A DNA stretch of 64,000 nt from Candidatus Gastranaerophilales bacterium. GTDB lineage: Bacteria; Cyanobacteriota; Vampirovibrionia; Gastranaerophilales; Gastranaerophilaceae. How positions within the stretch are numbered: position 1 is the first letter of the stretch; every line of letters starts with the position of its first letter. Location of the stretch: positions 43,934 through 107,933 of the forward strand of contig CALUQO010000001.1 in the NCBI GenBank assembly GCA_944322935.1, in the 5' to 3' direction. The position numbers and the translations under genes are program-made. Shown piece after piece: positions 45,489-54,362 of this stretch. The notes under the pieces are model-generated. The model was not told the DNA's origin and ran no database searches. It worked only from the letters and a program-made list of their open reading frames with translations.

Positions 45489-45891
45489 ATAAACTATCCT
45501 ACCCCTTTTTTCTATACTGCATGAATCACACTTATATAAAGTATTTTTTTATATTGAAATTTCAAAAAGAATGTTATTTTGTTACAAAACTTAAAAAAAA
45601 TGAGGTGAAATTTATATCATTGGGAGAATTTTGTGCAGGTATTGTTCTTCAAAAAGCAGAAATATATATCTTTTTGGGGATAAGAAAATTTTATTTTTAA
45701 TTGTAAAGTTTTCGTCATATATTTTACTGTCAAAACTGTTTAAAGTTCCTGTTGATTCTTAAATATGCTTGTGGTTTGATTAAATTAACGAGAGCCCTGC
45801 GGAATAATCCTCTCGCAAAGGGTCTTATGGCTGAAAGACCGCCAAAGGGCAAAAGTAATAAGAACTTTAAAAACAGGAGAATAGGCCAAAA

Positions 45892-46278
45892 ATGGTTAAA
45901 ATAAGATTAAAAAGACTGGGATATAAAAAGAACCCTATTTTTAGAATTGTTGTTATAAACGATTTACAAAAAAGAGAAGGCAGACCCATCTGCGAATTAG
46001 GACATTACAATCCTAAGACAAAAGAAATGAAATTGGACAAAGCTACTGCTTTGGAATGGATTTCTAAAGGTGCTCAACCGTCTGAAACAGTTCAATACCT
46101 TATCAACAATTGCAATGAAGACGGTACATTGAACTATACACAAAAAACAGAAAAGAAACTTTCCAAAAAAGCATTAGCTAAATTGGAAGCTGAAAAAGAA
46201 GCAAAAGCTCAGGCTGAAGCAGCTGCTGCAGAAGCTGCAGCACAGGAAGCCGAAGCCCCTGCAGAAGCTGAAGCTTAA
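45892..46278 (+). CDS. rpsP: 30S ribosomal protein S16 with Ala/Glu-rich C-terminal extension
   Basis: MVKIRLKRLGYKKNPIFRIVV...GHYNP...WISKGAQPS is canonical S16. The tail KLEAEKEAKAQAEAAAAEAAAQEAEAPAEAEA is low complexity. Confidence 0.95.
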   Translation: MVKIRLKRLGYKKNPIFRIVVINDLQKREGRPICELGHYNPKTKEMKLDKATALEWISKGAQPSETVQYLINNCNEDGTLNYTQKTEKKLSKKALAKLEAEKEAKAQAEAAAAEAAAQEAEAPAEAEA

Positions 46279-46312
46279 AAATAAATTTAACAGGGGAAAA
46301 GAACACTTATTA

Positions 46313-46345
46313 AGCCGCTTTGAAAACAAGGCGGTTTTTCTTTTG
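46313..46345 (+). terminator. rho-independent terminator after rpsP
   Basis: CCGCTTT / AAGGCGG stem (one G-U pair) followed by TTTTTCTTTTGTTTT. Confidence 0.75.
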
Positions 46346-46534
46346 TTTTGGTATACAACGATTAATGTTATACATTCCCAATATTTGAGTTAGACTCTGG
46401 TCATACTTGATATGTACATTCAAAAACGTAATCGACTAGTAAGATATATTAATTATGTTTTTAAGGGGAACACTTCAATAACGCTATGTTAGTTGCGACA
46501 AAATCTTCTCCCTGGGCTGCTTACAAAATAGTAA

Positions 46535-46570
46535 TAAAAAAAACGGCTCAGTTTTAGACAAAGCCGTTGT
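46535..46570 (-). terminator. rho-independent terminator after the AAA+ gene
   Basis: On the minus strand, an ACGGCT...AGCCGT stem is followed by a run of 8 T. Confidence 0.7.
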
Positions 46571-46593
46571 TTTGATGTGGATTAGTGTAGGAG

Positions 46594-48234
46594 TTAGCCC
46601 ATAGCCGCTACCTGCGGCTCTTCATTAAGCTTTTGCTGTTTTATTTCCGTATATTTTGACGCCGAAGTATCAGTATCTTTTGCAGTAAAGCCGATAGGAC
46701 GTCTTTTGGTTTTACCCGATGCTTTAAGATTTTGAGCAAGGTGTTTTTCCAGACCTTTTTCAAAATCCTGCGATGTTAAAACAAGATTTTTAATATCGTT
46801 TGTATCGAAGGTGCCCTGCTCAATTTTGTCAAAAACCCCCAATCTGTCGTATGCGATATCATACGCATTATCTATTACCTGATTTGTATCTGAACCTGTT
46901 AACTTGTTTTCATACAGCTTTTTGGCAAAATTATTTATATTGAATTTTTTCTCAACATTAACTTTTTTCAGCTGTTTGGAAAAAATATCTTTTATTCCTT
47001 CAAAATCCGGTACGGGTATTTCAATTTGTTTACCAAGCCTGCCTGCTCTCAGCACAGCATCGTCAAGGAGCTCCGGTCTGTTTGTTGTTGAGATTACAAA
47101 CACCTGATCGTTATTTTTTTCCAGATCACTGATTAATGCCAATATCTGATTAAGTTCATCAGCAGCGTATGGTTGCAGTGCGCTTCTTGTTTTGAAAACA
47201 GCATCACACTCATCGATAAGCAGAATGCTTGGCTGATTGTCAACAGCTTCTTTGAACAAGTTCCTCCAGTTGGCCTCGGTTTGTCCGACAAGCCCTCCTC
47301 TTAAAGAACCGGCGTTAATTTCATAATAATTGGCTCCCGCATCGTTTGCCAGAGCTTTGGCAACAAAAGTTTTACCTGTTCCCGGCGGGCCGTATAGAAT
47401 AATACCGTGGTTAACCTTTCTGTTTAAGAATGCCTCCGGCTTTTTTATCGGGTAAAGTATATTCTTTTTTAATTCTTTTACCACGCTATCCATACCTCCT
47501 ACATCAGCAAGTCCGAATTTGGCAGCCTGAACATCATCAAGAAAAATATTTTTAAAAGTTCTTTTATTTACGTTAACAATAGAGGGCTGAACAAATTCAG
47601 TAAAGTTGTACGGCTCGCTGAATTCGGCACGCATAAAGCTCAAATTTTCTTTAGATCTTTCTTTTACACTGAAGTGGAATTTGTTATTCAAATTAACAGT
47701 GGCTTCTGGCGTAATCCATACACCTGCTTTTTTACCAACAGCATAATTTTTCCCCTCAAGATTTGTTACAAGGATGGGAGCATTCCCCAGATTAATAAGC
47801 TCCGGCGCAACATCGCTGCGTGAGATAGCTATAGCCTCTGGGATTTTTTCTTCCGGCAGAAAAAATACTCTTTTTATAACCCTGTTAAATGCATCAATCG
47901 ATTCATTTAAAAATTTATTTGCCGTCTTTTTATTCTTAGCCGCAACTATTAAATCATTTGTATCTATGATTTCAACAAGCGAAGCAAGTCTTTCTTCAAA
48001 AGGAATACTCTTTATCACGGACGGAAGAACCTTACCGACCTGCTGCACGCCTTTGAATGAAATTTCATCACTTTTGGGTTTTACAAGCAGTCTGTTGTAG
48101 TGAATATCTGCAAGTTGAACGTTAGGAGCATTTTCCTGCTGCTTTTCCAGAGTTACGTCTTGGTTTTTGTTTGTATTATAAATTTTTTTGTATGTTTCGG
48201 GTGTAATGTAAGGCTTGATTGCTGAAATTTGCAT
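46594..48234 (-). CDS. soluble classical-clade AAA+ ATPase with a novel N-terminal region and polar leader
   Basis: Walker A GPPGTGKTF, Walker B LLIDECDAVF, sensor-1 TTNRP and arginine-finger region DDAVLRAGRL. One AAA module, no protease domain, no TM helix. The leader MQISAIKPY...ISFKG is at the N-terminus. Confidence 0.85.
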   Translation of the reverse strand: MQISAIKPYITPETYKKIYNTNKNQDVTLEKQQENAPNVQLADIHYNRLLVKPKSDEISFKGVQQVGKVLPSVIKSIPFEERLASLVEIIDTNDLIVAAKNKKTANKFLNESIDAFNRVIKRVFFLPEEKIPEAIAISRSDVAPELINLGNAPILVTNLEGKNYAVGKKAGVWITPEATVNLNNKFHFSVKERSKENLSFMRAEFSEPYNFTEFVQPSIVNVNKRTFKNIFLDDVQAAKFGLADVGGMDSVVKELKKNILYPIKKPEAFLNRKVNHGIILYGPPGTGKTFVAKALANDAGANYYEINAGSLRGGLVGQTEANWRNLFKEAVDNQPSILLIDECDAVFKTRSALQPYAADELNQILALISDLEKNNDQVFVISTTNRPELLDDAVLRAGRLGKQIEIPVPDFEGIKDIFSKQLKKVNVEKKFNINNFAKKLYENKLTGSDTNQVIDNAYDIAYDRLGVFDKIEQGTFDTNDIKNLVLTSQDFEKGLEKHLAQNLKASGKTKRRPIGFTAKDTDTSASKYTEIKQQKLNEEPQVAAMG

Positions 48235-48281
48235 AGATAATAGTTCTCCCTTTAAATAATTATTTATGTATTAATAACCTC

Positions 48282-48317
48282 AAAAAAAACCGCTTATCAA
48301 GATTTTGATTAGCGGTT
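48282..48317 (-). terminator. rho-independent terminator after plsC
   Basis: On the minus strand, an AACCGCT...AGCGGTT stem is followed by TTTTTTTT. Confidence 0.7.
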
Positions 48318-48633
48318 GTATTTAATAATAAGTGTGATTTGTACAACAATTTAAATCAAAACCGCATACGCAAACATTCGTTTGGAAAAACGCACACAAT
48401 GTACAATTTCGGATTTTAGCGTATGCCAGAACATATAGACTCCTTTGAATCAATTTATTACTTTGGTAGTAGTTGTTTGTTATTTTATAGACTACACTTT
48501 GTTTTAAATTTCGTCAATACCTTTACGGCTAAAGAAAAAATAAAGGTATACAATAAACAGTTGTATACCTTTATATAAATTGTGTTTTTGACACTTTTTG
48601 TTTTTTTATTTTTGCTTTACATTAGTTAACAAA

Positions 48634-49326
48634 CTATGCTTCCGCGAATTCTTGCTGATCTTGAACCTCATTGTTTTCTGTTTCTGTCTCAACATATTGA
48701 TAGTGACACATGGATGCAACCTGTTGGCCCCATTGTTTTATAATTTCGTCCTGAGAAAGCTCGCAGGAAATAGGTTTGCCTATCTGCACAATAATTTTAC
48801 CTTTAAACGGTATCCAGTTATATTGTTCACAGCCTATTATAGAAATCGGCAATATATCCCATTTAGCAGCTTTCGCAACTACCGCAAAACCTTTGTTGAT
48901 TTTTTCAATGGTATGGTTTCTTCTGATTCCGCCCTGCGGAAATATTCCCAAAAGCCAGTTTGTTTTAGTGAGTTCTTTAACTGTTTTTATTGTTGAAACT
49001 TCCAGTTTTTGCCTGTTTACGGCAAACGCTCCGAGCCAATCTATGTTAAGAGTAAAAAAGCCGAAGTTTTCAAACAGTTCTTTTTTTGCCATATAAGCAA
49101 TAGGTTTTCTTACAGCTATCGACACAAGAAACGGATCAAGGTAGGATATATGGTTTGCTGCACATATAAATTTTCCGCTTTTCGGAATATTTTCTCTGCC
49201 ACGGATTTCAAACCTGTAAAAAAACCAAAATATCGGTATGGCTATAAATATACACCATAAGGCCTGAAACAACATTCTGAAAGTATTATATTCGTAAGCA
49301 TATCTTCTTGCATAATTCCTAGACAT
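48634..49326 (-). CDS. plsC: 1-acyl-sn-glycerol-3-phosphate acyltransferase
   Basis: HX4D motif ANHISYLDP, FPQGGIRR, and an N-terminal TM helix. Confidence 0.85.
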   Translation of the reverse strand: MSRNYARRYAYEYNTFRMLFQALWCIFIAIPIFWFFYRFEIRGRENIPKSGKFICAANHISYLDPFLVSIAVRKPIAYMAKKELFENFGFFTLNIDWLGAFAVNRQKLEVSTIKTVKELTKTNWLLGIFPQGGIRRNHTIEKINKGFAVVAKAAKWDILPISIIGCEQYNWIPFKGKIIVQIGKPISCELSQDEIIKQWGQQVASMCHYQYVETETENNEVQDQQEFAEA

Positions 49327-49350
49327 TAAAGCTCCTTCAATTACTTCAAA

Positions 49351-49989
49351 CTATTCTAAGACGTACTCTTTTCCTGTCATACTTGAAATTGCGTCGCACC
49401 ATTGCCGCATCATATCATCTATATTGTCACTGTATGGTATTACTTTACCTATTTTTACAGTTAATTTTGGGCTGAATGGCCATTTAGGTTTTTGATCAGT
49501 TCCAATAATCGCTACCGGTAAAATACCCGTTTTGGTTGCTTTGGCAAAAGAAGCAAAGCCTTTTGTTATCTTTTCCACTTTTTGGCTGGAATCCCTTGTT
49601 CCCTGCGGGAATAACCCCAGCATCCATTTTGTGTTTTTTATATTCAAAGCTGTTTTAATTGTAGAAACTTCTACCTTGTCACGTCTTACGGCAAACGCAC
49701 CACAAAAATCCATAAGAGTTCTTGAGAAAAATTTTTCAAACAATTCTTCCTTGGCCATAAAAGCTATAGGCAAATTAAGTGCAAGCGGCAGTAAAAAAGG
49801 ATCACGGCCGGAGATGTGATTTGCCGCCACAATAAATTTATCATTTCTCGGAATATTTTCTCTTCCTTCTACAGAATAATCATACATTAATCTTATAAAA
49901 CTGCCAAAGCACAGATGGCAGGTAATCCATTGAAAAATTGTACGAAATTTATTGTAGGTTTTTGCATCTCTCTTAGAAAATGTGCTCAT
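49351..49989 (-). CDS. plsC: 1-acyl-sn-glycerol-3-phosphate acyltransferase, tandem paralog
   Basis: ANHISGRDP and FPQGTRD. It is colinear with the neighbouring paralog. Confidence 0.85.
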   Translation of the reverse strand: MSTFSKRDAKTYNKFRTIFQWITCHLCFGSFIRLMYDYSVEGRENIPRNDKFIVAANHISGRDPFLLPLALNLPIAFMAKEELFEKFFSRTLMDFCGAFAVRRDKVEVSTIKTALNIKNTKWMLGLFPQGTRDSSQKVEKITKGFASFAKATKTGILPVAIIGTDQKPKWPFSPKLTVKIGKVIPYSDNIDDMMRQWCDAISSMTGKEYVLE

Positions 49990-50307
49990 TTAAATGCCTT
50001 AAACTTTCCTTTTTATACAGAATTATCCCTAATCTGATATAAAAATATTTTAACAGAAAATATTTTAAAAAACCAATTAGCCTGCCGGGTAAATTTAATA
50101 AGTATACATACAAGCTATTGTGATTGAAACATTTTTCAGGTTGTATTTGTTGAGTAAACAGGGGATATTTTTTTATTTATGATGTGCGTTTTTGACGTTG
50201 ACCGTGTGATGCTTAAAAGACATCCCGACATTAAAATGCAGTCATTGCTGTATATGTTACGCAATTCGATGACAAAAATAATTTTTTCTTAACATAAATA
50301 ATAAAAT

Positions 50308-50372
50308 CCTGCCTTTGTAAGAACTCCGTGTAAAAGGTGCCAGATGCAGGGCCGGCAGACTTTAGTCGACCA
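50308..50372. repeat. possible solo copy of the island terminal repeat
   Basis: CCTTTGTAAGAACTCCGTG ... GGCAGACTTTAGTCGACC resembles the left terminus of the 38.5-kb island (CTTTTGTAAGGACTCCACA ... GGTAGACTAAAGTCTACC). Confidence 0.3.
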
Positions 50373-50401
50373 TTAACACTATTTCGTGTTATTCTATAAA
50401 T

Positions 50402-50914
50402 ATGATTGAACTTTTGATTTTATACAGCTTAAAAAATCGTGAACGCACAGTTTATTCCCTGCGTTCAGATATTATAGAAAAATTCGGCTACTTTACAAAA
50501 CCGAGCATAGGAACGATTTACCCCGCGCTCAAACGTCTGCTCAAAGCCAATATAGTGACTATGAGAAACGACTACTCGCAGGGAGGAAAAAAATCGACCT
50601 ATTACGGACTCGCAATGCATTGGACAAAAAAATTCCATGACCTGTTTTTTACCCCGCTGAGTGAAAACCCTACACAGTTTTTTACAGAGGTGCAATCCCG
50701 CATTGCTGTCCTGTCATTGCTGGATGAAGAGCTTAAACAAACTTTTATTGATGATATTTCTATTAAAATGGAATCCTTTCTGCTGGATTTGCAAAACGCG
50801 CTTGAGGACGAGTATATTACCTATGACCAATACCAGCTTGCGCTTTTGAAAAAAAACATACAGGACGTAGAAAACTTTAAAACACTTATCAGCACTCTAG
50901 GGGGGAAAAGCTGA
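50402..50914 (+). CDS. PadR-family transcriptional regulator
   Basis: LLILYSLKNRERTVYSLRSDIIEKFGYFTKPSIGTIYPALKRLLKANIV matches the PadR winged-helix. Confidence 0.8.
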   Translation: MIELLILYSLKNRERTVYSLRSDIIEKFGYFTKPSIGTIYPALKRLLKANIVTMRNDYSQGGKKSTYYGLAMHWTKKFHDLFFTPLSENPTQFFTEVQSRIAVLSLLDEELKQTFIDDISIKMESFLLDLQNALEDEYITYDQYQLALLKKNIQDVENFKTLISTLGGKS

Positions 50915-52200
50915 TGGCTGCTGTTATATCAGAAGTTCTTAATGACTCCATCGCGCAGGAGCTGGGTTTTCAAAAAGGAGATAAAATCCTTTCTATTAAC
51001 GGTGAAAAACCGCAGGATATGATTGACTACCGCTATATGATGTGCAGAGAAGATACTGAAATAGAACTCGAACGCACAAACGGTGATATAGAAATTTTTG
51101 AAATAGAAAAAGATTTTGATGATGACCTCGGGGTTGTGTTTGAATCAGCAGTATTCGACAGAATAAAACCCTGCACAAACCATTGTATTTTCTGCTTTGT
51201 TGACCAGCAGCCAAAAGGGCTTAGAGAATCTTTATACATAAAAGACGATGATTACAGGCTCTCTTATTTACAGGGAACCTATGTCACACTGACAAACCTT
51301 ACCCCAAAAGACAGAGAACGCATTGAAAACCTTCATCTTGGGCCTTTGTACGTGTCAGTCCATACAACAAATCCGACGCTCAGAGTAAAAATGCTTTCTA
51401 ATCCCAAAGCAGCCAATATTATTGAAGATTTAAAATGGCTGAAAGAATCGAGTATTCCTATCCATGCCCAGATTGTACTGTGCCCCGGATACAATGACGG
51501 AGCAGAACTGGAGCGGACATTTAACGATTTTGAAAAATTCAAATCGATTATTGAATCAGTTGCGATAGTACCTGTCGGAATTACCAGATTCCACAAAAAC
51601 AATCTGCAAACCCTGACAAAAGAAAACGCGCTGCACGTGATTAAGCAGGTAGAAAACTTCAACACAAAAGTAAAAAAACATCTTGCTATGGCGAGTGATG
51701 AATTTTTCTTAAAAGCGGATTACCCTATCCCTGACAAAAAGTATTACGGAAGCTTTTCCCAGCTGGAAGACGGAGTCGGAGCGTTAAGGCTGTTGATGGA
51801 TGATTTTGAAAAAAGGAAGAAAAAACTTCCCTCAAAGTTAAAAACGCCACTCGAGCTGACCTTTGCAGTGGCTCAAAGTTCTGTAAAAATTTTCAAAGAC
51901 ATAATAAAAACCTTAAACAGTGTAGAAAACTGTCATTGTGAAATTGCAGAGCTTAAAAACGGATTTTTTGGGGATAACGTAACTGTTGCAGGCCTTATTA
52001 CGGGACAGGATTTAATAAATCAGTTAAAAGAAAAAAATATCAAAACACTTGTACTCCCTTCTATAATGCTCAGGCCTTTCAGTAATGATTTTCTGGACAA
52101 CATTACAGTTGAGCAGGTTCAACAGGAGCTATCGTGCAAGGTTATTGTGATAAAAGATATTTATTCGACAAATGAAATATTCGCTCTGTTAAATCCTTGA
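50914..52200 (+). CDS. PDZ-domain radical-SAM-like protein (DUF512 / TIGR03279 cyanobacterial-type family)
   Basis: N-terminal PDZ-like segment (GFQKGDKILSINGEKP), the CX3CX2C motif CTNHCIFC, and a DUF512-like C-terminus. The start overlaps the padR stop (TGATG). Confidence 0.8.
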   Translation: MAAVISEVLNDSIAQELGFQKGDKILSINGEKPQDMIDYRYMMCREDTEIELERTNGDIEIFEIEKDFDDDLGVVFESAVFDRIKPCTNHCIFCFVDQQPKGLRESLYIKDDDYRLSYLQGTYVTLTNLTPKDRERIENLHLGPLYVSVHTTNPTLRVKMLSNPKAANIIEDLKWLKESSIPIHAQIVLCPGYNDGAELERTFNDFEKFKSIIESVAIVPVGITRFHKNNLQTLTKENALHVIKQVENFNTKVKKHLAMASDEFFLKADYPIPDKKYYGSFSQLEDGVGALRLLMDDFEKRKKKLPSKLKTPLELTFAVAQSSVKIFKDIIKTLNSVENCHCEIAELKNGFFGDNVTVAGLITGQDLINQLKEKNIKTLVLPSIMLRPFSNDFLDNITVEQVQQELSCKVIVIKDIYSTNEIFALLNP

Positions 52201-52285
52201 GCCAGCTCTCTTGCCGGATAAGACTTTATCGAAACATTTTTTTGTGGTAAATTACATGTTTTAGCGCATACTGCCTGCGTACACT

Positions 52286-53137
52286 GTGTCATCATTAATC
52301 TTATTTCCCGTTGTTTTACAATATTTAAAAAAATCAAAAATTTTGGCAAAAAATTTTGTTCACATGTTTTGTACAATTATGATTAGACTACGTATTGATA
52401 AAGCAGCAACATTCTTACCGATTTCCCTATCAAAGGGTACGTTGGGCCAGCGTTTGCAAAAAGCAAAAGAACTGAATTTGCAATTTTATGACAATTTGCA
52501 GGATGAATTTGTAAAAAGGGAAATAAAGCCGTCCGCATTCAAACGCGTGTTGCAGGAAACTTCCGGTGCAAAGATAGGGCTTGATATTTTGGAGGCAGAC
52601 ACAGCCAAAGGCAGCCAATCAACCATGAATGCCCGTATAATGTCAAATGCAAAAATCAAAGGGTTTGCATTTTACCTTCCGATTAATTTTTTCACCGGAA
52701 AAATTCCTAAAAATGCACAATTTTCTTTTCTTCCGGAAACTCAAAAGTTTTTTAATTTAATACTAAACCCCAAGTTTTTAACCAGAGAGGTAGCGCTCAA
52801 CAATAAGAATCCATATCAGTTGAAAGAGGCCCACGAGTTTTATTCCAAAAATATGGAAGGCTTAAGCGTTTTAAAAAAAGAGGATTTACATAAATTTTTG
52901 CAGAACAAAAAAAATGAAGAAAAAATCAATATTTTGCAATATTTAAGATACTCTCTTTTTAATGAAAAAACTGTCAAGCAGGCAGCGCATGATATAGATA
53001 AACATATAGAAAAAGCAGAACACTTAAAATTTGCCAACAAAAATTATGATTTGGCACCCTGCAGTTACGACGAAAAACTTGCAATGCTGAATGAAACTCT
53101 TACAAAAACCCTAAAAGAAGCAAGAATAAAAAAATAA
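52286..53137 (+). CDS. hypothetical protein (start uncertain)
   Basis: Long ORF with no recognizable family. Internal ATGs at 52364 and 52379 are alternative starts, and none has a good RBS. Confidence 0.5.
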   Translation: MSSLILFPVVLQYLKKSKILAKNFVHMFCTIMIRLRIDKAATFLPISLSKGTLGQRLQKAKELNLQFYDNLQDEFVKREIKPSAFKRVLQETSGAKIGLDILEADTAKGSQSTMNARIMSNAKIKGFAFYLPINFFTGKIPKNAQFSFLPETQKFFNLILNPKFLTREVALNNKNPYQLKEAHEFYSKNMEGLSVLKKEDLHKFLQNKKNEEKINILQYLRYSLFNEKTVKQAAHDIDKHIEKAEHLKFANKNYDLAPCSYDEKLAMLNETLTKTLKEARIKK

Positions 53138-53243
53138 GCACCTTTTACCGGAAACTCAGCAGCTTGGTGATATGAAAACATGTCCGTTTTTGTGTTTTTT
53201 ACCATGTAGTTGCGGACATAAACAGAGTTGTTTTTAAAAAACT

Positions 53244-54362
53244 TTACCCCAAATTTACAAGCGACATGTATTTTCCGCCGTTGGTTTGTTTCACATATCC
53301 TTTTAATTCAAGATTCATTAATATAACAGTTAGCACTCCGTAATCTATACCGGTGCGCGAGACAATAGAATCCACTGTCATTTCGTCAACAGCAATAAAC
53401 TCAAGCACTGTTTTTTCCTGTTCTGTCAACTCAAGTTTTTCAAAAGCACATTCTTTTTTGTCAGCTTGTACTGTTTCTATCTGCCACTCAAGTGCGTCTA
53501 AAATATCCTGCGCTCTTGTCACAACAGCAGCCCCATTTTTTATAAGCTTGTATATACCCTCGGTGTTCGGGTTTGTTAGCAGACCTGGCATGCACATTAA
53601 TTCTCTGTTTTGTTCAAGACACAAATTTGCGCTGATTAATGCACCGCTTTTGATGGCAGCTTCTGCAACAAGTGTTCCTCTTGATAAGCCTGTAACTATT
53701 CTGTTTCTGTGCGGAAAACGCCACGGCAAAGGGTCAAACGTCGGCCAGTATTCACTAAAAATAACACCCCGTTCATTTTCTATTTTATCGTAAAGGTATT
53801 TATTTTGTTTCGGGTATACAAAGTCAAAACCGCTTGCTATTACTCCAATTGTTGCCAGATTGTTTTTGATTGCCGCCTGATGCGCGCAGGTATCTATACC
53901 TATTGCAAGCCCTGACACAATGCATATATCAGTATTAAAAAATTCATCTATGATTTTTGTTAATACGGTTTTCGCCGCCTCACTGGCCTTGCGCGAGCCA
54001 ACTACCGCAAGAGTCCTGTTAAAATTGCACCTTGATAAATCACCCTTATAAAAAAGTGTCATTGGCGGATTGTGTATTTGTTTAAGCAAATACGGGTATT
54101 GAGCATCCGTATAGTTGATAAACTTTAAATTTTTATTTTTTATGTATTCCAAACACTCATCCGGGTTTGTCGATTTTCTTGCTTCAAGAAAATCATTTAT
54201 CTGACTTTTAGTCAAATTTTCTACCTTATAAAGCTCATCTGCACCGGCACACCAGGCAGATTTTATTGAGCCGAAGTGCTCAAATAGTGTTTTTATAAAA
54301 ACGCTGCCGATTTTTTCTATAGAAGCAAAAGCCAGCCAGTATTTAGAATCTTCTTGTGTCAT
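53244..54362 (-). CDS. dprA: DNA processing protein DprA (Smf)
   Basis: Rossmann-like core VVGSRKAS, SGLAIGIDTCAHQAA, GVIASG and VVEA..KSGALISA, plus a C-terminal winged-helix (DprA_WH). Confidence 0.92.
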   Translation of the reverse strand: MTQEDSKYWLAFASIEKIGSVFIKTLFEHFGSIKSAWCAGADELYKVENLTKSQINDFLEARKSTNPDECLEYIKNKNLKFINYTDAQYPYLLKQIHNPPMTLFYKGDLSRCNFNRTLAVVGSRKASEAAKTVLTKIIDEFFNTDICIVSGLAIGIDTCAHQAAIKNNLATIGVIASGFDFVYPKQNKYLYDKIENERGVIFSEYWPTFDPLPWRFPHRNRIVTGLSRGTLVAEAAIKSGALISANLCLEQNRELMCMPGLLTNPNTEGIYKLIKNGAAVVTRAQDILDALEWQIETVQADKKECAFEKLELTEQEKTVLEFIAVDEMTVDSIVSRTGIDYGVLTVILMNLELKGYVKQTNGGKYMSLVNLG

